Assembly (NCBI GenBank): GCA_964457525.1 | Contig: CAYWGS010000053.1 | Location: forward strand, 1 to 10,237 | Length of the DNA: 10,237 bases | Source of the DNA: an uncultured Erysipelotrichaceae bacterium | Lineage (GTDB): Bacteria > Bacillota_I > Bacilli_A > Erysipelotrichales > Erysipelotrichaceae | Reading direction: 5' to 3' | Shown: piece by piece, positions 6,679-10,237 of the stretch | Layout of the letters: every line of letters starts with the position of its first letter | Numbering within the stretch: the stretch's first letter is position 1 | The notes under the pieces: model-generated | What the model saw: only the letters and a program-made list of their open reading frames with translations | Told to the model about the DNA's origin: nothing | Database searches by the model: none | Position numbers and translations under genes: made by a program

Positions 6679-6691
6679 AGGAGGAATATCT

Positions 6692-6928
6692 ATGAGCATG
6701 ATAACACTACGTGTCAGTGAAGAAGAGAAAAAAGTATTACAGAAGTACGCTGACTTTACAGGAGTTTCTTTAAGTGAGTTTATCAAATCGAGAGTTTTAG
6801 AGAGTATTGAGGATGAATATGATCTTAAGATGATTGAAGAATATGAGAAGAATAAAAAGAATCATACGACAGAATTCTATTCACTCGATGAAGTAAAGAA
6901 ATTACTGGGAATCGATGATGAACTATAG
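6692..6928 (+). CDS. Type II antitoxin, ribbon-helix-helix (RelB / DUF6290-like)
   Basis: 78 aa. The N-terminal ITLRVSEEEKKVLQKYADFTGVSLSEFIKSRVLE fits an RHH fold, followed by an acidic IEDEYDLK tail. AGGAGG RBS. Overlaps the toxin gene. Confidence 0.85.
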   Translation: MSMITLRVSEEEKKVLQKYADFTGVSLSEFIKSRVLESIEDEYDLKMIEEYEKNKKNHTTEFYSLDEVKKLLGIDDEL

Positions 6929-7190
6929 GGTTAAGTTTGAAAAGAATGCATTAAAGAGACTTACCAAGATTGATGTGAATCAAAGAATTATTCTTATGTC
7001 TTGGATACAAAAGAATTTAGATCAATGTGAGAATCCTAGAAGACATGGGAAGGCATTATCAGGGGGTTTAAATCAATATTGGTCTTATCGTGTTGGGGAT
7101 TATCGGATTGTGGTTGAGATATGTGACAATGAATTAATTGTGTTTGTAATTTCTTTAGGTCATCGTAGAGATATTTATAACAAAATATAA
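6915..7190 (+). CDS. Type II toxin, RelE/ParE superfamily mRNA interferase
   Basis: 91 aa. The sequence ...YWSYRVGDYRIVVEICDNELIVFVISLGHRRDIY is the canonical RelE/StbE C-terminal core. The start is ATG 6915 or 6918, overlapping the antitoxin by 14 or 11 nt. Confidence 0.9.
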   Translation: MMNYRVKFEKNALKRLTKIDVNQRIILMSWIQKNLDQCENPRRHGKALSGGLNQYWSYRVGDYRIVVEICDNELIVFVISLGHRRDIYNKI

Positions 7191-7199
7191 AATAAAAGG

Positions 7200-7218
7200 A
7201 AATCTTATAAGTCTCTTA
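7200..7218 (+). repeat. Right copy of the direct repeat flanking the TA cassette
   Basis: AAATCTTATAAGTCTCTTA. One mismatch (T for A at the 15th base) relative to 6604-6622. Confidence 0.7.
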
Positions 7219-7230
7219 TAAGGTTTTTTT
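7204..7230 (+). terminator. Intrinsic terminator after the toxin gene
   Basis: CTTATAAG-tct-CTTATAAG followed by GTTTTTTT. Confidence 0.75.
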
Positions 7231-7257
7231 GTTAAAATATAAGTGGAGGATTACGTG

Positions 7258-8616
7258 ATGAGAACTGCGATTGTTTTGGCGGCTGGTAAAGGGACTCGAA
7301 TGAAGTCGAATTTACCCAAAGTGATGCATCCTATCCTAAGTGAATCCATGATTGAACATGTGATGACACATTTGAATGAAATAAAAGTGGATGAGAGTGT
7401 AGTGGTTGTTGGACATGGGGCTGAGATTGTTCAGGCTTGTTTGAAGGATACGGTTTCGTATGCGATGCAGGTGGAACAGTTGGGAACGGGTCATGCAGTG
7501 ATGCAAGCTCTTCCTGTCTTACCGAATGTGGGGGATTCTTTGATTCTTTATGGAGATACACCTTGTATTCAGTCTAAGACGATGGATTGGTTGTATGATG
7601 TTAATAAAGACTTTGATTTAACGGTATTAACGGCTGTGTTTGAGGATCCTGCACGATATGGTCGTATTGTGAGAGATAATCAAGGACAGATTGAGAAGAT
7701 TGTGGAGTATAAGGATTGTTCAGAGGATCAAAAACGGATTAAGGAAATTAATACGGGGATTTATTGTGTAAAGAATGATGCTTTACATACGTATTTGTCT
7801 CATATTAAGAATGATAATGCGGCGAAAGAGTATTATATTACGGATTTGATTGAGATTTTCTTGAAGAATGGATTAAAGGTACAGGCTTTAGCGATTGAGG
7901 ATTCAGATGAAGTCTTAGGGGTGAATGATCGTGTTGATTTGGCACGTGCGTCTAAGTGGATTCAGAATACGATTAATCATAAGTGGATGGAGAAGGGTGT
8001 AACGTTTGTTAATCCTGAACAGTCCTATGTATCGTTGAATACGGTTCTTGAAGAAGATGTGACGATATATCCGAATGTCTATTTAGAAAAGAAGACACAC
8101 ATTAAACGAGGAACAACATTACTTCCGAATACATTTATTGTGAATAGTATTATTGGAGAAGATTGTAAGATTGATGCGTCTCGTATTACGGATTCAGAGA
8201 TCAAGAATAAAGTGAATGTGGGTCCATATGCTCACTTAAGAGAACATTGTGTTATTGATGATAATAATCGTATTGGTAATTTCGTAGAAATGAAGAATAC
8301 GCAAATTGGTTTTGATAGTCGTTGTGCTCACTTAACTTACTTAGGTGATACGATTGTTGGTAAGAAAGTTAATTTCGGTTGTGGAGTTGTGACCGTGAAT
8401 TATGATGGTAAGAATAAGTTTAAGACTAAGATTGGGGATTACGCATTTATTGGCAGTAATGTCAATTTAATTGCGCCGATTGAAGTTGGAGAGAATTCGG
8501 TTGTGGCGGCTGGTTCAACGATTACACGGAGCGTTGATGATACGGATATGGCAATTGCACGTGCACATCAGATTAATAAACCAGGATATGGATTACGATA
8601 CAAGGAGAAGAAATGA
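7258..8616 (+). CDS. glmU: Bifunctional UDP-N-acetylglucosamine pyrophosphorylase / glucosamine-1-phosphate N-acetyltransferase
   Basis: The ORF track starts at GTG 7243. The ATG at 7258 has GGAGGA 7 nt upstream and gives MRTAIVLAAGKGTRMKS (nucleotidyltransferase P-loop). The C-terminal half consists of left-handed beta-helix hexapeptide repeats. Confidence 0.95.
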   Translation: MRTAIVLAAGKGTRMKSNLPKVMHPILSESMIEHVMTHLNEIKVDESVVVVGHGAEIVQACLKDTVSYAMQVEQLGTGHAVMQALPVLPNVGDSLILYGDTPCIQSKTMDWLYDVNKDFDLTVLTAVFEDPARYGRIVRDNQGQIEKIVEYKDCSEDQKRIKEINTGIYCVKNDALHTYLSHIKNDNAAKEYYITDLIEIFLKNGLKVQALAIEDSDEVLGVNDRVDLARASKWIQNTINHKWMEKGVTFVNPEQSYVSLNTVLEEDVTIYPNVYLEKKTHIKRGTTLLPNTFIVNSIIGEDCKIDASRITDSEIKNKVNVGPYAHLREHCVIDDNNRIGNFVEMKNTQIGFDSRCAHLTYLGDTIVGKKVNFGCGVVTVNYDGKNKFKTKIGDYAFIGSNVNLIAPIEVGENSVVAAGSTITRSVDDTDMAIARAHQINKPGYGLRYKEKK

Positions 8617-9602
8617 GGGGTCAAGGAAGCATGAAAGATATTATCGTTTTTGCGCTTACATCAAGCGTGTCATTAGCGGATGAAATTTGTACACATTTAG
8701 GGATTAAGCGTGGAGAGATTTCGGTTAGACATTTTGCGGATGGTGAAATCATCGTAGAACCGCTTGAGTCTGTACGTGGTAAACATGTTTTCATTGTTCA
8801 GTCTACTTGTAGTCCTGTATCAGAAACATTGATGGAAGTCTTAGTCGCATTAGATGCGTGTAAACGTGCTTCTGCGGATAAGGTTACTGTGGTTATGCCT
8901 TATTATGGTTATGCTCGACAAGATCGTAAGGCGAGAGCTAGACAACCGATTACAGCTAAATTGGTTGCGGATTTAATTCAAGTTGCAGGTGCTGATCGTG
9001 TTATTACCTTAGATTTACATGCGCCTCAAATTCAAGGTTTCTTCAATATTCCGATTGATGATTTAACCGCTGTTTCTATGTTAGGTCAATACTTCAGAAC
9101 GAAGAAATTCAAAGAAGAAGTTGTCGTAGTTTCTCCGGATCATGGTGGTGCAACTCGTGCTCGTAATTTAGCGGACACCTTACCTGGAAGTACCATCGCG
9201 ATTATTGATAAACGTCGTACGAAACCAAATGTAGCAGAAGCGATGAATCTTATCGGGGATGTGAATGGTAAGATTGCGATTATCGTAGATGATATTGTGG
9301 ATACGGGTGGTTCTTTAATGGGTGGAGTTGATATGTTGTATGCGAATGGGGCGACTGAAGTATATTGCGCTTGTTCACATGGTATTCTTTCAGGTAATGC
9401 CGTACAACGTATTCATGATTCCAAGATTAAAGAGCTTGTGGTCACAAACTCGATTCCTCTTAATGATGAAAAGCGTAAAGAACCTAAACTCAAACAAATC
9501 TCTATTGGTTATATGTTAGCGAAGACCATTCAAGCGGTTCAACTACATACGCCTGTTAGTGAAATGTATGATATGTTCAATGATAAGAGTAAGGATAATT
9601 AA
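8613..9602 (+). CDS. prs: Ribose-phosphate pyrophosphokinase (PRPP synthetase, class I)
   Basis: Motifs FADGEI...VFIVQST, MPYYGYARQDRK, DLHAPQIQGFF and the PRPP-binding IIVDDIVDTGGS. ATG 8613 overlaps the glmU stop (ATGA) and has AGGAG 5 nt upstream. An alternative start at ATG 8631 (MKDIIVF) is possible. Confidence 0.95.
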   Translation: MRGQGSMKDIIVFALTSSVSLADEICTHLGIKRGEISVRHFADGEIIVEPLESVRGKHVFIVQSTCSPVSETLMEVLVALDACKRASADKVTVVMPYYGYARQDRKARARQPITAKLVADLIQVAGADRVITLDLHAPQIQGFFNIPIDDLTAVSMLGQYFRTKKFKEEVVVVSPDHGGATRARNLADTLPGSTIAIIDKRRTKPNVAEAMNLIGDVNGKIAIIVDDIVDTGGSLMGGVDMLYANGATEVYCACSHGILSGNAVQRIHDSKIKELVVTNSIPLNDEKRKEPKLKQISIGYMLAKTIQAVQLHTPVSEMYDMFNDKSKDN

Positions 9603-9617
9603 TAGTTAATGAAAATG

Positions 9618-9650
9618 AGATATATGTGTCTATAAACATATATCTTTTTT
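9618..9650 (+). terminator. Intrinsic terminator after prs
   Basis: 10-bp stem AGATATATGT/ACATATATCT with an 8-nt loop, followed by TTTTT. Confidence 0.85.
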
Positions 9651-9852
9651 GTATACAATATTATATAAATAAATCCGAATGATACACTAGATGCGGAAGT
9701 ATTTTATAGATAATTTAAAGCGTACATAAAAGATCCTAAAAAATATTCCTAGACTTATGGATTATACTTAGGGACTTCGTTTAGAATATAAAGTACGGCG
9801 AATGTTAGGGATATGGTTATAGAAATTCTGAGCTTAGATGGTATAATCTAGA

Positions 9853-10053
9853 GGTAAAGGCTGAAATATACCGCGAGGCTTGACTCGTAAATAACTTGGA
9901 ATTCGTGTAGAACGTATGGGTCTACAAGTCGGTTGGCGACGAAAAACCAAAAATTCGTTTGAAATGTATAGGTTCAAATGTTGACAAGCAACGAAACAAT
10001 CAAGCGTTAAAGAGATGTATGAAAACTTTGGAGACCTTACATCTCTTTTCATT
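9853..10053 (+). ncRNA. Candidate ~200-nt structured non-coding RNA of unrecognised class (independent sRNA or orphan leader)
   Basis: Perfect extended -10 TGgTATAAT at 9839-9847. No ORF with an RBS. Serial hairpins at 9873-9888, 9906-9926, 9931-9948 and 9956-9980. An 11-bp terminal hairpin AAAGAGATGTA/TACATCTCTTT (10009-10048) is followed by TCATT. Visibly less AT-rich than the flanking spacers. Confidence 0.35.
9898..10001 (+). repeat. Diverged tandem duplication (2 x 52 nt), each unit carrying a 6-bp hairpin with a 9-nt loop
   Basis: Units 9898-9949 and 9950-10001 are identical at 31 of 52 ungapped positions by hand count. Unit A core: AATTCG-TGTAGA-ACGTATGGG-TCTACA. Unit B core: AATTCG-TTTGAA-ATGTATAGG-TTCAAA. 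A third ATGTAT lies at 10015, one further period downstream. Confidence 0.6.
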
Positions 10054-10237
10054 AGTAGAATAATTATATTAAATATTGTCTTATTTTATGTAACATCAAA
10101 TTAAATGTTATTATTTAATCAATTTAGTTTGAATAGCTAGTTTCAATTCAATTTTAAACTTTCAAATATAGATTTTTTAACTCGGGAGTTTGACACTTCA
10201 AAGAATCATTAAATAACACAAGTCCTTGTAAATAAAG

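Noticed and set aside
7331-7561. 76-aa minus-strand ORF
   Set aside because: Antisense to glmU, with a Pro/His/Ser-rich low-complexity translation. Shadow ORF.
8471-9519. 70-aa (8471-8683) and 65-aa (9322-9519) + strand ORFs
   Set aside because: These are out-of-frame overlaps of glmU/prs and prs, with no RBS and Arg-rich or odd compositions.
9744-9772. dif/Xer-like site (TTCCTAGA matches the XerC arm of Bacillus dif ACTTCCTAGAATATATATTATGTAAACT)
   Set aside because: Only 8 nt of the left arm match. The highly conserved XerD arm (TTATGTAAACT) is not present at the correct spacing.
4185-9811. TTAGGGA heptamer seen three times in non-coding DNA (near 4185, 9768, 9805)
   Set aside because: A 7-mer recurring a few times in 10 kb is within chance expectation, and the copies share no consistent flanking context.
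9841-9900. Resemblance to known cis-regulatory RNAs (purine riboswitch TATAATC...CCGTAAAT, PyrR binding loop UCCAGAGAGGCU, T-box)
   Set aside because: Only short word matches were found (TATAATC, CTCGTAAAT, TCTAGAGG..AGGCT). The required P1/P2/P3 pairings, the conserved junctions and the T-box sequence are absent, and no regulated gene follows.
9968-9985. GGTTCAAAT resembling a tRNA T-loop
   Set aside because: The flanking bases do not form a T-stem, and no acceptor, anticodon or D arms can be drawn. The sequence is the 3' half of hairpin unit B.
9834-10052. 72-aa minus-strand ORF (MKRDVRSPKFSYISL...)
   Set aside because: It has no Shine-Dalgarno and an Arg/Cys/Pro-rich composition atypical for this AT-rich genome. 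It coincides with the hairpin-rich segment, which is better explained as non-coding structure.
10015-10104. 29-aa hydrophobic mini-ORF (MYENFGDLTSLFISRIIILNIVLFYVTSN) that could be a type I toxin
   Set aside because: It has no usable RBS, and the start codon is buried in the 11-bp hairpin that probably terminates the transcript. An Ile/Leu/Phe/Asn-rich peptide is what AT-rich DNA yields by chance. It also lacks the charged C-terminal tail common in type I toxins.
9839-10237. Type III toxin-antitoxin locus (promoter, tandem RNA repeats, terminator, toxin)
   Set aside because: The layout fits up to the terminator. However, all three + frames are closed by stops through 10235, so no ToxN/CptN/TenpN-like ORF follows within 190 nt. 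The repeats are also far more diverged than known ToxI arrays. It is kept only as an analogy in the findings.
10154-10237. 27-codon open minus-strand frame entering from the window edge
   Set aside because: It is too short and too AT-rich to distinguish from chance, and no terminator follows its stop. It is mentioned as a possibility only and not called as a CDS.
1-10237. CRISPR arrays, rRNA/tRNA genes, transposases, integrases, IS ends
   Set aside because: No regularly spaced direct repeats, no conserved rRNA or tRNA motifs, and no recombinase-like ORF in any frame were found on reading both strands.

Overview
This window looks like a chromosomal housekeeping segment from a low-GC Bacillota-type genome; the taxon is inferred from AT-rich codon usage, GGAGG-type ribosome-binding sites and gene order. 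The core on the + strand follows the Bacillus yabE-rnmV-ksgA ... ispE ... glmU-prs neighbourhood in compressed form. It runs: a YabE-like G5/3D-domain lipoprotein, RNase M5 (rnmV), 16S rRNA dimethyltransferase (rsmA/ksgA), CDP-ME kinase (ispE), a RelB-like/RelE type II toxin-antitoxin pair, GlmU and PRPP synthetase (prs). The left 3 kb is on the - strand. It holds a tightly coupled operon (small membrane protein, XRE-type HTH, MDR-family quinone oxidoreductase) followed by an MFS efflux permease that runs off the window and is missing from the ORF track. Nothing here resembles a multi-gene defence or mobile system. Five observations seem worth a second look. (1) The 0.6-kb segment after prs has no convincing ORF but has an extended -10, a strong terminal hairpin and a diverged ~52-nt tandem repeat whose hairpin stems covary. 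(2) The TA cassette is bracketed by an 18/19-nt direct repeat that includes the ispE stop codon. (3) A ~410-bp decayed patch between the lipoprotein gene and rnmV contains a wHTH gene remnant and an orphan promoter-hairpins-terminator unit. (4) The MFS gene has a MerR-style promoter with a 19-bp spacer. (5) rnmV has a probable leaderless start. All functional calls come from reading the translations and motifs by eye; no database search was run.
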